DNA of 32,000 nucleotides from Nitrosococcus oceani ATCC 19707 (GTDB lineage: Bacteria; Pseudomonadota; Gammaproteobacteria; Nitrosococcales; Nitrosococcaceae), in contig NC_007484.1 in assembly GCF_000012805.1 (NCBI RefSeq), positions 2,670,001-2,702,000 of the forward strand, in the 5' to 3' direction. Below the pieces are notes generated by a model. The model was not told the origin of the DNA. It did not search any database and saw only the letters and a program-made list of their open reading frames with translations. Positions 1-11,842 of this stretch are shown here, piece after piece. The first letter of the stretch is position 1. Each line of letters begins with the position of its first letter. A program made the translations under genes and the position numbers.

Positions 1-3000
1 GCAATCTTGGCTTATCGATCTGCTCGCCCTTAAGAAAACTAGTATCTCCAGGCTCTATTATTTCTACCTTGCGAAGCATTTGACAGATAATGACTTCAAT
101 GTGCTTATCATTGATTTTTACCCCTTGAAGGCGATATACCTCCTGAACTTCGTTAACAATATAATAAGTTAGCTCCTCCACACCTCTTAAACGCAAAATA
201 TCATGCGGCACAGGTGGCCCATCGACGATCGCTTCGCCTTTTTCAACATGTTCGCCTTCGAACACATTGACTTGACGCCACTTAGGAATCAATTCCTCAT
301 GCCGCTCGCCATCACTGCCAGTGATGATAAGCCGCTGCTTTCCTTTGGTTTCCTTACCAAAACTTACCGTCCCTGAAATTTCGGCAAGCACCGCTGGGTC
401 TTTTGGTTTTCGAGCTTCAAAAAGGTCTGCTACTCTCGGCAAACCGCCCGTAATATCACGGGTTTTGCTAGATTCTTGGGGTAATCGCGCCAATACATCA
501 CCCACGCCAACCATGGCCTCATCTTCTACTGAAACGACCGCTCCTGCTGGCAAATAATAATGGGCGGGAATATCTGTTCCTGCAAGACACAGATCGCTTC
601 CTGTTTCATCAACCAATTTAACCATCGGACGCAATTCTTTAACAGCGGCGCCTCGCTGCTTGGGATCGAGTACCGTAAGGCTAGTCAAACCGGTCACTTC
701 ATCAGCCTGGCGTTCTACGGTGCTACCCTCCAGAAAATCCTGAAGTCTGACCTTACCCGCCACCTCAGTGATAACTGGATGAGTATGAGGAGCCCAAGTA
801 GCAATGACTTGCCCCGATTCTACTGTATCACCATCCCCTGCTGAAAGCTCGGCGCCATAAGGAATCTTATAGCGTTCCCGCTCACGCCCTTGTTCATCGA
901 CTATGTGGACTTCACCGGAACGGGAGACAGCAACATACTTACCACTGTCATGCTGAACAATTTTGACATTATGCAGCCGAATGTTACCCTTATACTTAAC
1001 TTCAATCCTATCAGTCGTCACCGTTCGAGAGGCCGCCCCCCCAATATGGAAAGTACGCATAGTGAGCTGTGTACCCGGCTCACCGATAGACTGAGCAGCA
1101 ATAACACCAATAGCTTCGCCGATATTGATACGGTAACCTCGCCCCAGATCCCGACCATAGCAAGCAGCACAGATTCCATAACGAGTCTCACAGGTAATAG
1201 GTGAACGCACCTTCACCGCGTCGATGCCTAACGTCTCAAGATAATCAACCCAGGACTCATCCAGTAACGTACTGGCAGGTATAGCTACTTCATTGCTTCC
1301 TGGCACATAAACATTAAGCGCTAATACCCGCCCCAGCACGCGCTCTCGTAATGGTTCCACAACATCACCACCCTCTACGAAGGGGGTTATATTAATCCCA
1401 CGTGTGGTGCCGCAATCATCCTTTGTAACGACTAAATCTTGAGCTACATCCACTAAGCGCCGGGTCAAATACCCTGAATTAGCGGTTTTTAACGCTGTGT
1501 CGGCCAAACCCTTGCGGGCTCCATGGGTAGAGATGAAATATTGTAGGACATCCAATCCTTCACGAAAATTAGCAGTAATCGGTGTCTCAATAATCGAGCC
1601 GTCCGGTTTAGCCATCAAGCCACGCATACCCGCAAGCTGGCGAATTTGGGCGGCCGATCCACGGGCTCCAGAATCAGCCATCATATAGATAGAATTAAAA
1701 GTCTGCTGCTTGACAACATTGCCTTTTGCATCATATACCTCTTCACTTCCTAGGCGCTCCATCATCGCCTTGGCAACTTGATCATTAGTATGGGACCAAA
1801 TGTCCACAACTTTATTGTAGCGCTCGCCATTGGTCACTAGGCCGGAAGCATACTGGTCCTCTATTTCCTTAACCTCTTCTTCCGCATCGGCAAGGATCGC
1901 TTGCTTTTCTTTTGGCACCACCATGTCATTAACACCAATGGAAATACCGCTAAGAGTCGCCTGCCGGAATCCAAGGTACATCAGCCGATCAGCAAACACT
2001 ACCGAGGTCTTAAGGCCAAGGCGCCGATAGCAAATATTAACCAACCTAGAAATTTCTTTCTTGGTCATATTCTTATTAGCTAATTCGAAAGGTAGCCCTG
2101 GGGGCAAAAGTTCTGAGAGTAGGGCCCGCCCCACTGTAGTATTAACAAGGCGAGTCGTCTCGCCTTCACCTTCCGGCTTAGAGGGATCTATCTCGGTAAT
2201 GCGCACTGAGATTTTTGCATGGAGTTCAGCTATACTGGTCTCATAGGCACGACGCACCTCATTGATATCGGCGAAGAGCATCCCCTCACCCTTAGCATTT
2301 ACCCGCTCGCAGGTCATGTAGTAGAGCCCTAATACGACATCCTGGGTAGGAACAATAATGGGCTCTCCATTAGCTGGCGATAGAATATTGTTGGTAGACA
2401 TCATTAACGCACGGGCTTCCAGCTGAGCCTCCAAGGATAGCGGCACATGAACCGCCATCTGGTCACCGTCAAAGTCGGCATTAAAGGCCACGCACACTAA
2501 GGGGTGGAGTTGAATTGCCTTACCTTCAATGAGCACCGGCTCAAAGGCTTGAATACCAAGACGATGTAAGGTAGGGGCCCGATTAAGCATCACCGGATGC
2601 TCACGGATCACCTCCTCTAACACATCCCATACCTCTGGGCCTTCCCGCTCCACTAATTTCTTTGCCGCTTTAATCGTGGTAGCAAGCCCAGCCCGCTCAA
2701 GCTTACCGAAGATAAAAGGCTTAAAAAGCTCCAGTGCCATTTTTTTGGGTAAACCACACTGGTGTAGCTTTAGGGTTGGACCCACCACAATTACCGATCG
2801 GCCTGAATAATCCACTCGTTTCCCTAACAAGTTTTGCCGAAACCGACCCTGCTTACCTTTGATCATATCAGCTAACGATTTTAAAGGTAGCTTATTAGTA
2901 CCTGTGATCGCCCGCCCACGGCGTCCGTTATCCAAAAGAGCATCCACGGATTCCTGAAGCATACGCTTTTCATTGCGCACGATAATATCAGGCGCATTCA

Positions 3001-3853
3001 AATCTAACAGCCGTTTGAGGCGATTATTCCGATTAATGACCCGCCGGTACAGATCATTCAGATCGGAAGTAGCAAAACGCCCCCCTTCCAACGGCACTAA
3101 AGGCCGTAAATCCGGTGGCAATACGGGGAGGACCTCCAGAATCATCCACTCAGAACGATTGCCCGAATCGATGAAAGCCTCGATAAGCTTGAGCCGCTTG
3201 CTAAATTTTTTGATTTTGGTGTCAGAGTTCGTGCCTGTGATCTCCTCGCGCAGCCTAATCGCCTCTCCCTTGAGGTCAAGGGTTTTTAACATCTTCTGAA
3301 CAGCTTCTGCTCCCATACGAGCATCAAACTCATCACCATATTCCTCAATGGCTTGAAGGTAAGCCTCGTCCGCTAAGAGTTGTCCCCGTTCTAATGGGGT
3401 CATACCTGGATCAATAACCACAGAGGCCTCGAAATAAAGCACCCGCTCAATGTCCCGGAGCGTCATATCTAACAGTAGGCTAATCCGCGAAGGCAATGAT
3501 TTTAGAAACCAAATATGAGCTACCGGACTCGCCAGCTCAATATGCCCCATGCGCTCCCGACGAACTTTTGCTAGCGTCACCTCTACTCCGCATTTCTCAC
3601 AAATAACGCCGCGATGTTTGAGGCGCTTATATTTACCACATAAGCACTCATAGTCTTTGACCGGGCCAAAAATCTTAGCGCAAAACAGTCCATCCCGCTC
3701 TGGCTTAAAAGTTCGATAATTAATGGTTTCAGGCTTCTTGACTTCGCCGTATGACCAAGCCCGGATCATATCGGGAGATGCCAGACCAATGCGTATGGAA
3801 TCGAACTCCTCTACCTGGTTTTGCTGCTTAAGCAAATTCAGCAAATCTCTCAT
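1..3853 (-). CDS. rpoC: DNA-directed RNA polymerase subunit beta-prime (partial; the C-terminal end runs off the left window edge)
   Basis: This minus-strand reading frame is open to the window edge, so it is absent from the ORF track. Hand translation from the ATG at 3853 gives [92 protein letters not shown]. That is the canonical beta-prime N-terminus with its Cys zinc motif. The gene lies 76 nt downstream of rpoB, as in the conserved rpoBC operon. Confidence 0.96.
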   Translation of the reverse strand, partial: MRDLLNLLKQQNQVEEFDSIRIGLASPDMIRAWSYGEVKKPETINYRTFKPERDGLFCAKIFGPVKDYECLCGKYKRLKHRGVICEKCGVEVTLAKVRRERMGHIELASPVAHIWFLKSLPSRISLLLDMTLRDIERVLYFEASVVIDPGMTPLERGQLLADEAYLQAIEEYGDEFDARMGAEAVQKMLKTLDLKGEAIRLREEITGTNSDTKIKKFSKRLKLIEAFIDSGNRSEWMILEVLPVLPPDLRPLVPLEGGRFATSDLNDLYRRVINRNNRLKRLLDLNAPDIIVRNEKRMLQESVDALLDNGRRGRAITGTNKLPLKSLADMIKGKQGRFRQNLLGKRVDYSGRSVIVVGPTLKLHQCGLPKKMALELFKPFIFGKLERAGLATTIKAAKKLVEREGPEVWDVLEEVIREHPVMLNRAPTLHRLGIQAFEPVLIEGKAIQLHPLVCVAFNADFDGDQMAVHVPLSLEAQLEARALMMSTNNILSPANGEPIIVPTQDVVLGLYYMTCERVNAKGEGMLFADINEVRRAYETSIAELHAKISVRITEIDPSKPEGEGETTRLVNTTVGRALLSELLPPGLPFELANKNMTKKEISRLVNICYRRLGLKTSVVFADRLMYLGFRQATLSGISIGVNDMVVPKEKQAILADAEEEVKEIEDQYASGLVTNGERYNKVVDIWSHTNDQVAKAMMERLGSEEVYDAKGNVVKQQTFNSIYMMADSGARGSAAQIRQLAGMRGLMAKPDGSIIETPITANFREGLDVLQYFISTHGARKGLADTALKTANSGYLTRRLVDVAQDLVVTKDDCGTTRGINITPFVEGGDVVEPLRERVLGRVLALNVYVPGSNEVAIPASTLLDESWVDYLETLGIDAVKVRSPITCETRYGICAACYGRDLGRGYRINIGEAIGVIAAQSIGEPGTQLTMRTFHIGGAASRTVTTDRIEVKYKGNIRLHNVKIVQHDSGKYVAVSRSGEVHIVDEQGRERERYKIPYGAELSAGDGDTVESGQVIATWAPHTHPVITEVAGKVRLQDFLEGSTVERQADEVTGLTSLTVLDPKQRGAAVKELRPMVKLVDETGSDLCLAGTDIPAHYYLPAGAVVSVEDEAMVGVGDVLARLPQESSKTRDITGGLPRVADLFEARKPKDPAVLAEISGTVSFGKETKGKQRLIITGSDGERHEELIPKWRQVNVFEGEHVEKGEAIVDGPPVPHDILRLRGVEELTYYIVNEVQEVYRLQGVKINDKHIEVIICQMLRKVEIIEPGDTSFLKGEQIDKPRL

Positions 3854-3929
3854 TTATGTGCTCCTCCATAGCCAAGCTGGCAGATATATCTATTGTGACC
3901 ATCAACCCGTCCTACTATGTCCACGGCCA

Positions 3930-6900
3930 TTAATCTTGTTCCAGTTCAATATCGATACCGAGGGCACGAATTTCTTTGGTCAATACATTAAAAGATTCCG
4001 GCATACCCGCTTCCATACGGTAATCACCATCTACGATGTTTTTATACATCTTGGTGCGCCCGTTCACATCGTCGGATTTCACAGTAAGCATTTCCTGCAA
4101 AGTATAGGCCGCACCGTAGGATTCTAAGGCCCATACCTCCATCTCACCAAAACGCTGCCCGCCAAACTGGGCTTTCCCCCCCAAAGGCTGCTGAGTAACT
4201 AAGCTATAAGGACCCGTCGAACGAGCATGCATCTTATCATCAACTAAATGATTCAATTTAAGCATATGCATATATCCTACCGTTACTGGACGGGCGAAGG
4301 CTTCTCCACTCCTACCATCATAAAGATTTGTCTGTCCATTAGTAGGCAAGTCAGCCAACTCCAGCATAGTTTTAATTTCTTGCTCGGAAGCGCCATCGAA
4401 TACCGGTGTCGCCATAGGAACCCCATCCTTCAGGTTATTTGCAAGCTCCAATACCTCTTCATCGCTCAAAGAATTTAGGTCTTCTTTCTTGCCACTAGCG
4501 TTATATATCCGATCTAAGAAAACACGCAGTTCAGAAGCCTGTTCTCCCGACTCAAGGAGAGCGCCAATTTTTCGACCCAAGCCCTTTGCCGCCCATCCCA
4601 GATGGGTTTCTAAGATCTGCCCAATATTCATCCGAGAAGGCACCCCTAGAGGATTAAGCACGATATCTACTGGAGTCCCATCTTCCATATAGGGCATGTC
4701 TTCAATAGGTACGATGGTGGAAATCACTCCCTTATTTCCATGTCGACCCGCCATCTTATCACCGGGTTGGACACGGCGCTTTACGGCTAAATAGACCTTC
4801 ACCATTTTTTGGACACCAGGGGGGAGGTCATGCCCGGAAGTGAGCTTGGCACGTTGCTGCTGGAATTTTTCATCCATTGCAACCCGTTGTTCCTTAAGCT
4901 GCCCAGCAACTGATTCCAGCTGCCTACCAGCCTCCTCGCTACGTAGTCTAATCTCAAACCATCGTTCCCTGGGTAAATCAGCAAGGTAATTTTGGGTAAT
5001 TTGGGTTCCCGCTTTTAATTCTGCCGGTCCTCCTTCGACTGTCTTACCTACTAACACTTTCTCTAGGCGTTGATAAATATCAGTCTCTACAATACGAAAT
5101 TCATCCCGCAAATCCTTTTTGATTTTAGCAAGCTCCATCTCCTCTATCTCTAAGGCCCGAGTATCCTTTTCCACGCCATCACGGGTGAAGACCTGGACAT
5201 CAATGACGGTACCCTGCATACCTGAAGACACTCGTAGAGATGTGTCCTTTACATCAGATGCCTTTTCCCCAAAGATAGCTCGTAAGAGCTTTTCCTCCGG
5301 TGTCAATTGAGTCTCCCCTTTGGGAGTTACCTTGCCAACCAAAATATCGCCGGGTTTCACCTCAGCACCAATATAAACAATACCCGCCTCATCCAGCTTA
5401 GATAACGCCGCCTCGCTTACATTCGGAATATCGCTGCTAATCTCCTCTGGTCCTAACTTAGTATCCCGAGCAAAGCAAGTCAGCTCTTCAATATGAATCG
5501 AAGTAAAGCGATCTTCTTCCACCACCCGCTCGGAAATAAGGATAGAATCCTCAAAGTTATAACCATTCCAAGGCATAAAGGCGACAAGAAGATTCTGCCC
5601 CAAAGCTAATTCACCCATGTCTGTCGAAGGGCCATCAGCCAGCACATCACCTATAGCCACCGTATCGCCCGGCTTTACTAACGGACTCTGGTTGATGCAT
5701 GTGTTTTGATTCGAGCGGGCATACTTAATGAGGTTATAAATATCAACTCCGGGCTCATCGGAAGCCGTTTCTTCGTCATTGACTCGTACGACAACGCGAG
5801 CTGCATCCACAGAATCTACGATACCGCCACGGCGAGCAACCACCATCACTCCTGAATCACGAGCTACAACTTGCTCCATACCAGTACCTACTAGAGGAGT
5901 TTCCGCCCGCAAGGTGGGCACTGCCTGGCGCTGCATGTTAGATCCCATCAATGCACGGTTGGCATCATCGTGCTCTAAAAAAGGAATTAAAGATGCCGCT
6001 ACCGATACGATTTGTTTAGGTGATACATCAATGTACTGCACTTTTTCAGGTGGTAGAAGTGTAAATTCATTCTTGTGACGGCAAGAAACTAACATATCAA
6101 TGAGGCGCCCTTCTTCATCCGCAGCCGCATTCGCCTGAGCAATTACGTACTGTCCTTCCTCAATAGCCGAAAGATAGTCCACTTCGCCAGCCACCTTGCC
6201 ATCCACTACTTTTCGGTATGGTGTTTCAATAAAACCATATTGATTAATTCGGGCATAAACCGCTAAAGAATTAATCAAACCAATATTGGGGCCTTCCGGA
6301 GTCTCGATGGGGCAGACGCGTCCGTAATGAGTAGGATGCACATCACGCACCTCAAAACCAGCCCGCTCACGAGTCAATCCTCCTGGTCCTAGCGCAGATA
6401 CCCGTCGTTTATGAGTCACCTCGGATAAAGGATTATTCTGATCCATAAACTGCGATAACTGGCTAGAGCCAAAAAACTCCTTAACCGCGGCCGATACGGG
6501 TTTTGCGTTAATCAATTCCTGAGGCATTAACCCCTCCGACTCCGCTAAACTCAAACGCTCCCGCACCGCCCGCTCGACTCGCACCAAACCTACGCGAAAT
6601 TGATTTTCCGCCATTTCTCCAACACTACGCACCCGGCGATTGCCCAGATGATCAACATCATCCACACTGCCGTAACCATTACGGATATCGACTAGAGTCT
6701 TTATAACATCGACAATATCTTCTTTGGATAATATACTTGGGCCAGTAATATCTTCTTTCCCCAGACGGCGATTAAATTTCATTCGGCCCACCGGAGAGAG
6801 ATCGTAACGTTCTGGGTTGAAAAACAAATTTTGAAATAGATTCTGCGCTGCTTCCTTAGTCGGCGGCTCTCCAGGACGCATTACACGATAGATTTCCATC

Positions 6901-8009
6901 TGGGCTTCTAGTGGTGTAGTGGTAGGATCTAAGCGCAAACTATCGGAGATAAAGGAGCCACGGTCCAAATCGTTAGTATAAATAAGATCAAAGGCTTGTA
7001 TATTAGCGTCTTCTAGGGCCGTCATTAATTCCGCTGTAATTTCATCATTCGCTTTAGCTAATACTTCTCCGGTACCAGCATCAATCAGATCCCGAGCTAG
7101 AGTTTTTCCTATTAAAAACTCCTTAGGCGCGGGTAGAGTCTTCATTCCAGCCTTTTCCATCTGCTTGATATGGCGCGCAGTAACCCTTCGTCCTGCTTCA
7201 ACGATGACCTCGCCATCTGGGCTAGCGATATCAAAAGGCAGCGACTCACCCCGAAGCCGCTGAGGCACCAAGTCTAATAAATAGCTTGAACCTTGGCGCT
7301 TAACCGAAATCGTTTCAAAGAACATAATTAGAATTTCCTCGGTGCTGTAACCGAGGGCGCGTAACAATATAGTCGCTAGTAATTTACGTCGACGATCAAT
7401 ACGCGCATAGACGCAATCCTTAGGATCAAATTCAAAATCGAGCCAAGATCCACGATAGGGGATTATCCTAGCAGAAAAAAGTAATTTTCCTGAGGAATGG
7501 GTCTTTCCCTTATCATGTTCGAAGATAACTCCTGGAGAACGGTGCAATTGAGAGACGATAACCCGCTCTGTTCCATTAATAACAAAATTCCCTTTTGGCG
7601 TCATCAAGGGGATCTCGCCCATGTACACTTCCTGCTCTTTTACATCCTTAACCACTTGCTCGCTAGCAGGAGATTCTTTGTCATAAATAACAAGGCGCAA
7701 CTTAACCCGCAGAGGCGCCGCGTAAGTTAGACCGCGTACTTGGCATTCCTTAACCTCAAATGAGGGAACACCAAGATGATAGCTGCTATACTGTAGCTCA
7801 GCATACTCTGTATAGCTCTTGATAGGAAAAACACTCTTAAATGCGGCATGCAACCCTTTATCTTTCCTCTTACCAGGAGGCACATCCATTTGTAGAAAAT
7901 CTAGGAAAGAGCCGATTTGTATAGTTAACAAGAAAGGAGTTTTCAGTATACTATGGAGCTTGCTAAAATCCTTACGAATACGCTTCTTCTCGGTCAACGA
8001 GTAGGGCAT
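3930..8009 (-). CDS. rpoB: DNA-directed RNA polymerase subunit beta
   Basis: The 1359-aa ORF carries hallmark beta-subunit segments: [32 protein letters not shown] (rifampicin cluster region), NMQRQAVP, and [13 protein letters not shown]. It sits between rplL and rpoC. Confidence 0.99.
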   Translation of the reverse strand: MPYSLTEKKRIRKDFSKLHSILKTPFLLTIQIGSFLDFLQMDVPPGKRKDKGLHAAFKSVFPIKSYTEYAELQYSSYHLGVPSFEVKECQVRGLTYAAPLRVKLRLVIYDKESPASEQVVKDVKEQEVYMGEIPLMTPKGNFVINGTERVIVSQLHRSPGVIFEHDKGKTHSSGKLLFSARIIPYRGSWLDFEFDPKDCVYARIDRRRKLLATILLRALGYSTEEILIMFFETISVKRQGSSYLLDLVPQRLRGESLPFDIASPDGEVIVEAGRRVTARHIKQMEKAGMKTLPAPKEFLIGKTLARDLIDAGTGEVLAKANDEITAELMTALEDANIQAFDLIYTNDLDRGSFISDSLRLDPTTTPLEAQMEIYRVMRPGEPPTKEAAQNLFQNLFFNPERYDLSPVGRMKFNRRLGKEDITGPSILSKEDIVDVIKTLVDIRNGYGSVDDVDHLGNRRVRSVGEMAENQFRVGLVRVERAVRERLSLAESEGLMPQELINAKPVSAAVKEFFGSSQLSQFMDQNNPLSEVTHKRRVSALGPGGLTRERAGFEVRDVHPTHYGRVCPIETPEGPNIGLINSLAVYARINQYGFIETPYRKVVDGKVAGEVDYLSAIEEGQYVIAQANAAADEEGRLIDMLVSCRHKNEFTLLPPEKVQYIDVSPKQIVSVAASLIPFLEHDDANRALMGSNMQRQAVPTLRAETPLVGTGMEQVVARDSGVMVVARRGGIVDSVDAARVVVRVNDEETASDEPGVDIYNLIKYARSNQNTCINQSPLVKPGDTVAIGDVLADGPSTDMGELALGQNLLVAFMPWNGYNFEDSILISERVVEEDRFTSIHIEELTCFARDTKLGPEEISSDIPNVSEAALSKLDEAGIVYIGAEVKPGDILVGKVTPKGETQLTPEEKLLRAIFGEKASDVKDTSLRVSSGMQGTVIDVQVFTRDGVEKDTRALEIEEMELAKIKKDLRDEFRIVETDIYQRLEKVLVGKTVEGGPAELKAGTQITQNYLADLPRERWFEIRLRSEEAGRQLESVAGQLKEQRVAMDEKFQQQRAKLTSGHDLPPGVQKMVKVYLAVKRRVQPGDKMAGRHGNKGVISTIVPIEDMPYMEDGTPVDIVLNPLGVPSRMNIGQILETHLGWAAKGLGRKIGALLESGEQASELRVFLDRIYNASGKKEDLNSLSDEEVLELANNLKDGVPMATPVFDGASEQEIKTMLELADLPTNGQTNLYDGRSGEAFARPVTVGYMHMLKLNHLVDDKMHARSTGPYSLVTQQPLGGKAQFGGQRFGEMEVWALESYGAAYTLQEMLTVKSDDVNGRTKMYKNIVDGDYRMEAGMPESFNVLTKEIRALGIDIELEQD

Positions 8010-8039
8010 TTTATCACCTCGGCGCGAGTACCTGCTACT

Positions 8040-8073
8040 AAAAAACCAGCAGCGGTCGACACCGCATTACTGG
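8040..8073 (-). terminator. Terminator-like attenuator hairpin in the rplL-rpoB spacer
   Basis: On the transcribed minus strand the sequence reads CCAG-UAAU-GCGGU-GUCG-ACCGC-UG-CUGG, followed immediately by UUUUUU. This is a two-part stem plus a U6 tract about 30 nt upstream of the rpoB ATG. E. coli has a partial terminator in the equivalent spacer. Confidence 0.45.
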
Positions 8074-8126
8074 CTCTTTCTTGAAGACGGGCTATTGCTT
8101 CTTCCAAGCTCGATGCTCAGTAGAAG

Positions 8127-8159
8127 CCAAAGAAACGGAAATCAGGCTAGCAGCCTGAT
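8127..8159 (-). terminator. Second stem-loop with a U-rich tail in the rplL-rpoB spacer
   Basis: On the minus strand, AUCAGGCU-GCU-AGCCUGAU forms an 8-bp perfect stem (8141-8159). It is followed by UUCCGUUUCUUUGG. It could be an attenuator or an RNA processing site. Confidence 0.3.
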
Positions 8160-8206
8160 GCCACTAACCAATTTCCGTACGTATAACTTACATAGAAACA
8201 GCTGAG

Positions 8207-8587
8207 TTATTTAACCTCAATACTAGCGCCAGCCTCCTCCAATTGCTTCTTGATCTCATCGGCTTCATCCTTAGAAATTCCTTCCTTAACGGGTGAAGGC
8301 GCACCCTCCACTAAATCCTTGGCTTCCTTGAGACCAAGGCTGGTAATGCTCCGGACAGCTTTAATGACTTGTACCTTATTAGAACCAAAACTTACCAGTA
8401 CAACGTCAAATTCCGTTTTTTCCTCCGCAGCAGCCCCTGCTTCAGCACCCGCCGCGGGTGCCGCTGCAGCTATTGGCGCGGCGGCACTAACACCAAACTT
8501 TTCTTCCATGGCCTCAATCAATTCAACCACATCCATGACGGTCATATTTGAAATCGTTTCCAAGATTTCTTCTTTCGCTACAGCCAT
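8207..8587 (-). CDS. rplL: 50S ribosomal protein L7/L12
   Basis: The 126-aa ORF has the typical Ala-rich hinge ([26 protein letters not shown]). Its C-terminal domain reads [27 protein letters not shown], and it lies downstream of rplJ. Confidence 0.98.
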   Translation of the reverse strand: MAVAKEEILETISNMTVMDVVELIEAMEEKFGVSAAAPIAAAAPAAGAEAGAAAEEKTEFDVVLVSFGSNKVQVIKAVRSITSLGLKEAKDLVEGAPSPVKEGISKDEADEIKKQLEEAGASIEVK

Positions 8588-8657
8588 TGCTTACTCCGTA
8601 AACCTTGCTTAAATACAAAATATTGTTTAGCTCTAAAAACCCTTTCTAATCGCGGGC

Positions 8658-9185
8658 CTAAGTTGCTTGCTTTTGGTCTCGTACAGCAGCAACAGTACGC
8701 ACTAATTTTGCCGTAGGCTCGGCCAAAGTACGAGCAAATTTCCCGATCGGGGCCTGCAAAACCCCCATAAGCATAGCAACCGCCTGCTCCTTAGTGGGCA
8801 TTTTGGCAAGATTCTCTACGCCCTCAGGGGGCAATAATCTACCTCCAAGGCACCCCATCTTAACCACAAGCTTGGGATGTTCCTTACCAAAGTCCCGAAT
8901 CACCCGGGCTGCGGCGCTCGGTTCCTCACGAGAGAACGCCAGCATTAAAGGCCCTGTTAAACCCTCGCGCATACAATCAAAATCAGTTCCTTCAAGGGCG
9001 CGAGAAGCTAATGTATTACGCACTACACGCAGATAAACATCCCCTTTGCGAGCAGCCACCCTAAGCTTTGTTATTTCGGCAACGGTCAATCCGCGATACT
9101 CAATCGCAACAGCGGAATGAGACTGAGAGGCAACCGCTGCCACTTCAGCAACAACAGCCTTTTTTGCTTCTAAATTAAGACTCAA
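8658..9185 (-). CDS. rplJ: 50S ribosomal protein L10
   Basis: The track ORF (to 9242) is over-extended. On the minus strand, AAGGAGGcagttaaaTTG places a strong SD 8 nt before a TTG at 9185. That start gives (M)SLNLEAKKAVVAEVAAVA, which matches the usual L10 N-terminus. Confidence 0.92.
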   Translation of the reverse strand: MSLNLEAKKAVVAEVAAVASQSHSAVAIEYRGLTVAEITKLRVAARKGDVYLRVVRNTLASRALEGTDFDCMREGLTGPLMLAFSREEPSAAARVIRDFGKEHPKLVVKMGCLGGRLLPPEGVENLAKMPTKEQAVAMLMGVLQAPIGKFARTLAEPTAKLVRTVAAVRDQKQAT

Positions 9186-9473
9186 ATTTAACTGCCTCCT
9201 TATGTAAGGTTTTCCCACCACATCCCTGTTTATACTTAACAATTGGTAAGAGACTAATATCCTCCACCGTTTCTCTATCGCGGCAGCTATTGCTACAATA
9301 TTCCGTAGCGGTAACAGAGCCTACCGTCTACGTAGGCAGATAGGCATCCTGCCAATCAATTAAGATAGCACACCTACGGTCTTAGACAGCCCACCAATAT
9401 ATTTAGTAGGCAGCCCCAAAAACACCTTCAACAAATATGATACATTAGCTAGGATAGCTTAATCATCTCCTAC
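9186..9473 (-). promoter_or_regulatory. rplJ-rplL 5' leader and promoter region (probable L10/L12 autoregulatory leader)
   Basis: This is a 288-nt non-coding spacer between rplA and rplJ. It holds several stem-loops: GCCUAC-N7-GUAGGC, GGCAG-N9-CUGCC, and GCUAC-N8-GUAGC. The position matches the long structured L10 leader known from E. coli. I could not do a covariance model match by eye. Confidence 0.4.
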
Positions 9474-10169
9474 CTAAACCGGAAGGCTAGCTTGATCCAC
9501 AGCTATTCCAGGACCCATGGTAGTAGATAAAGTTAGTTTTTTCAGGTATATGCCTTTTGCCGAAGCAGGCTTTAATTTTCCAAGATCCTCTACTAAAGCC
9601 CGAAGGTTCTGTTTAAGCGCATCTACTTCGAAAGATGTCTTGCCTATCGAGCAATGAATAATGCCTGCTTTATCAGTCCGATAACGAACCTGCCCGGCTT
9701 TAGCTTTTGTCACGGCACCGGCCACATCAGTAGTCACGGTCCCCACTTTAGGGTTTGGCATCAGTCCCCGAGGCCCTAAAATTGGGCCCAGCTGCCCCAC
9801 TACACGCATGGCGTCGGGTGATGCTATAATCACATCAAAATCGATCTGACCAGATTTCACCGTCTCAGCCAAATCCTCAAGCCCAACCACATCAGCCCCC
9901 GCGTTTTTTGCCGCTTCAGCGTTAACACCCTGGGTAAATACACCTACCCGCACCGTTTTACCAAGACCATTAGGCAGTACCGTCGAACCACGCACCACCT
10001 GGTCAGATTTGCGCGGATCTACACCAAGATTGACAGCGACATCCACTGACTCTTCAAATTTAACCTTTGCAACTTCCTTAAGCAAATTCAAAGCTTCCTC
10101 CACCGGATAAAGCTTTCCTGGCTCTAATTTTTCTCGAATCCCAACTAACCGTTTACCCAGTTTAGCCAT
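9474..10169 (-). CDS. rplA: 50S ribosomal protein L1
   Basis: The 231-aa ORF begins MAKLGKR..., contains [24 protein letters not shown], and directly follows rplK. Confidence 0.98.
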   Translation of the reverse strand: MAKLGKRLVGIREKLEPGKLYPVEEALNLLKEVAKVKFEESVDVAVNLGVDPRKSDQVVRGSTVLPNGLGKTVRVGVFTQGVNAEAAKNAGADVVGLEDLAETVKSGQIDFDVIIASPDAMRVVGQLGPILGPRGLMPNPKVGTVTTDVAGAVTKAKAGQVRYRTDKAGIIHCSIGKTSFEVDALKQNLRALVEDLGKLKPASAKGIYLKKLTLSTTMGPGIAVDQASLPV

Positions 10170-10172
10170 AAC

Positions 10173-10604
10173 TTAAACGCCCTCTGTTTCCAGGCCCAGA
10201 CTACGTGCACTGCCAGCAATAGTGCGAATAGCCGCCTCCTTATCCGCTGCATTTAGGTCAGGCATTTTTGTTTCCGCGATTTCCTCAAGTTGAGCGCGGG
10301 TAACCTTGCCTACCTTATCGCTATTAGGGCGACTACTCCCGGACGTAATGCCTGCTGCTTTTTTAAGCAAAATCGAAGCCGGTGGCGTCTTAGTCACAAA
10401 GGTAAAACTACGGTCAGAGTAAACCGTAATCACCACTGGTATAGGCATCCCTTGCTCCAATCCTTGAGTTTGGGCATTAAAGGTCTTACAAAACTCCATA
10501 ATATTAACGCCTCGCTGCCCTAAAGCCGGGCCTACTGGAGGACTTGGATTGGCTTGCCCAGCAGGCACTTGTAGTCTAATATAGGCTTCTATCTTCTTTG
10601 CCAT
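10173..10604 (-). CDS. rplK: 50S ribosomal protein L11
   Basis: The 143-aa ORF reads [43 protein letters not shown], the canonical L11 N-terminal domain. Confidence 0.98.
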
Positions 10605-10700
10605 GTTTGCTCCTTACGGGTGCAAGCGGCTCTCGCCTCCCCGAAATCGTGTACCCTTAAACCTTAAAAATAGCTACATACCTAGTAACGAGCTACAGAG
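10605..10700 (-). promoter_or_regulatory. rplKA leader (possible L1 translational operator and promoter)
   Basis: This is a 96-nt spacer between nusG and rplK. It contains a GC stem, CGGGGAGGCGAGAGCCGCUUGCACCCG, just upstream of the SD AAGGAG. The call rests on position only. Confidence 0.25.
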
Positions 10701-11234
10701 CTATCTCTTCTCCACTTGTCCAAAATCGAGCTCAACCGGAGTAGATCGTCCAAAGATCAATACCGCCACGCGGAGTTTGTTTTTTTCATAGTTGACTTCT
10801 TCGACTACACCATTAAAATCGGTAAAAGGCCCCTCGATCACACGCACCATTTCCCCCGGCTCAAATAATACTTTTGGCCGTGGCTGCTCTGCCCCTTCCC
10901 GGATCCGCTCCAATATCTCTTCAGCTTCCGCTTCCGTGATTGCTGCAGGCTTATCGCTTGTCCCTCCAATAAAACCCAGCACCCGAGGAACATCCTTAAC
11001 TAAATGCCAAGTTTCATCACCCATTTCCATTTGAACCAAGACATACCCAGGAAAAAACTTACGTTCGCTTTTCCGTTTCTGCCCTTCCCGCATTTCAACG
11101 ACTTCTTCGGTGGGCACCAAGATATCCCCAAAGCTCTCTTGCAACCCATAGCGACGAACTCGCTCTTCAATGGAGCGCTTAACTTGCTGTTCAAAACCAG
11201 AAAAAGCCTGGACTACATACCAGCGCTTGGCCAC
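10701..11234 (-). CDS. nusG: Transcription termination/antitermination factor NusG
   Basis: The 177-aa ORF starts at a GTG and reads (M)[25 protein letters not shown]. It has a KOW region, [21 protein letters not shown], and starts 1 nt after the secE stop. Confidence 0.97.
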   Translation of the reverse strand: MAKRWYVVQAFSGFEQQVKRSIEERVRRYGLQESFGDILVPTEEVVEMREGQKRKSERKFFPGYVLVQMEMGDETWHLVKDVPRVLGFIGGTSDKPAAITEAEAEEILERIREGAEQPRPKVLFEPGEMVRVIEGPFTDFNGVVEEVNYEKNKLRVAVLIFGRSTPVELDFGQVEKR

Positions 11235-11235
11235 C

Positions 11236-11583
11236 TTACCCCCCCTGCCCGGTCAATAGACGGACAGCCCACATCAATAATGTATCAAATAACCATAGTA
11301 TGCTTGCCATTACCATGACCATCAGCAACACAAGCAGCGTTGTTCTAATAGTTTCTTGCCGTGTTGGCCAAACCACTTTACGAAACTCTACCCGCGTCTC
11401 CCCAGCAAAACTCAGCGCAGCCCGGCCGTGCGTGGTCTTTGCCAAGATTGCCAACGAAATACCTAATGCTGCAAGTAATCCTAATACACGCAAGAGCGTA
11501 GATTGATCACCAAAATAATAGAATAGTCCGATCGCGGTACCCAATAATAGCAATGCAACCGCAAGTTTAATGGTGTCTGCCAT
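11236..11583 (-). CDS. secE: Preprotein translocase subunit SecE
   Basis: The 115-aa hydrophobic ORF carries the conserved C-terminal segment [23 protein letters not shown]. It is in the conserved position upstream of nusG. Confidence 0.9.
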   Translation of the reverse strand: MADTIKLAVALLLLGTAIGLFYYFGDQSTLLRVLGLLAALGISLAILAKTTHGRAALSFAGETRVEFRKVVWPTRQETIRTTLLVLLMVMVMASILWLFDTLLMWAVRLLTGQGG

Positions 11584-11659
11584 AGTGATCCTGGAAGCCT
11601 AAGCCGGTGTTGGTATATACAAAAATTGGTACAAAAACTAAACGCAAATATTTACTAGA

Positions 11660-11735
11660 TGGCAGGCCAGGAGGGAATCGAACCCCCAACCTGCGGTTTT
11701 GGAGACCGCCGCTCTGCCGATTGAGCTACTGGCCT
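11660..11735 (-). tRNA. tRNA-Trp (anticodon CCA)
   Basis: The minus strand reads AGGCCAGTAGCTCAATCGGCAGAGCGGCGGTCTCCAAAACCGCAGGTTGGGGGTTCGATTCCCTCCTGGCCTGCCA. It has a 7-bp acceptor stem (AGGCCAG/CTGGCCT), a CUCCAAA anticodon loop, a GGTTCGATTCC T-arm, and an encoded CCA. Confidence 0.95.
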
Positions 11736-11842
11736 AGCAAATAACAGAACTAACGACACCCATAATAATAGGCGCCAAATAAGCAATTAACCTATAAATT
11801 AAAGATAGCTAAAATAGCTTTGCTTCTAGCTTCACCCTTAGC

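Noticed and set aside
3723-4127. A 134-aa plus-strand ORF spans the rpoB/rpoC junction. There are similar plus-strand ORFs within rpoC and rpoB, for example 2973-3299 and 5779-6078.
   Set aside because: They are antisense to strongly supported essential genes and have no independent coding signal.
8250-8612. A 120-aa ORF lies antisense to rplL.
   Set aside because: It mirrors the Ala-rich hinge (GCN repeats read as Ala/Ser on the other strand), so it is a shadow ORF.
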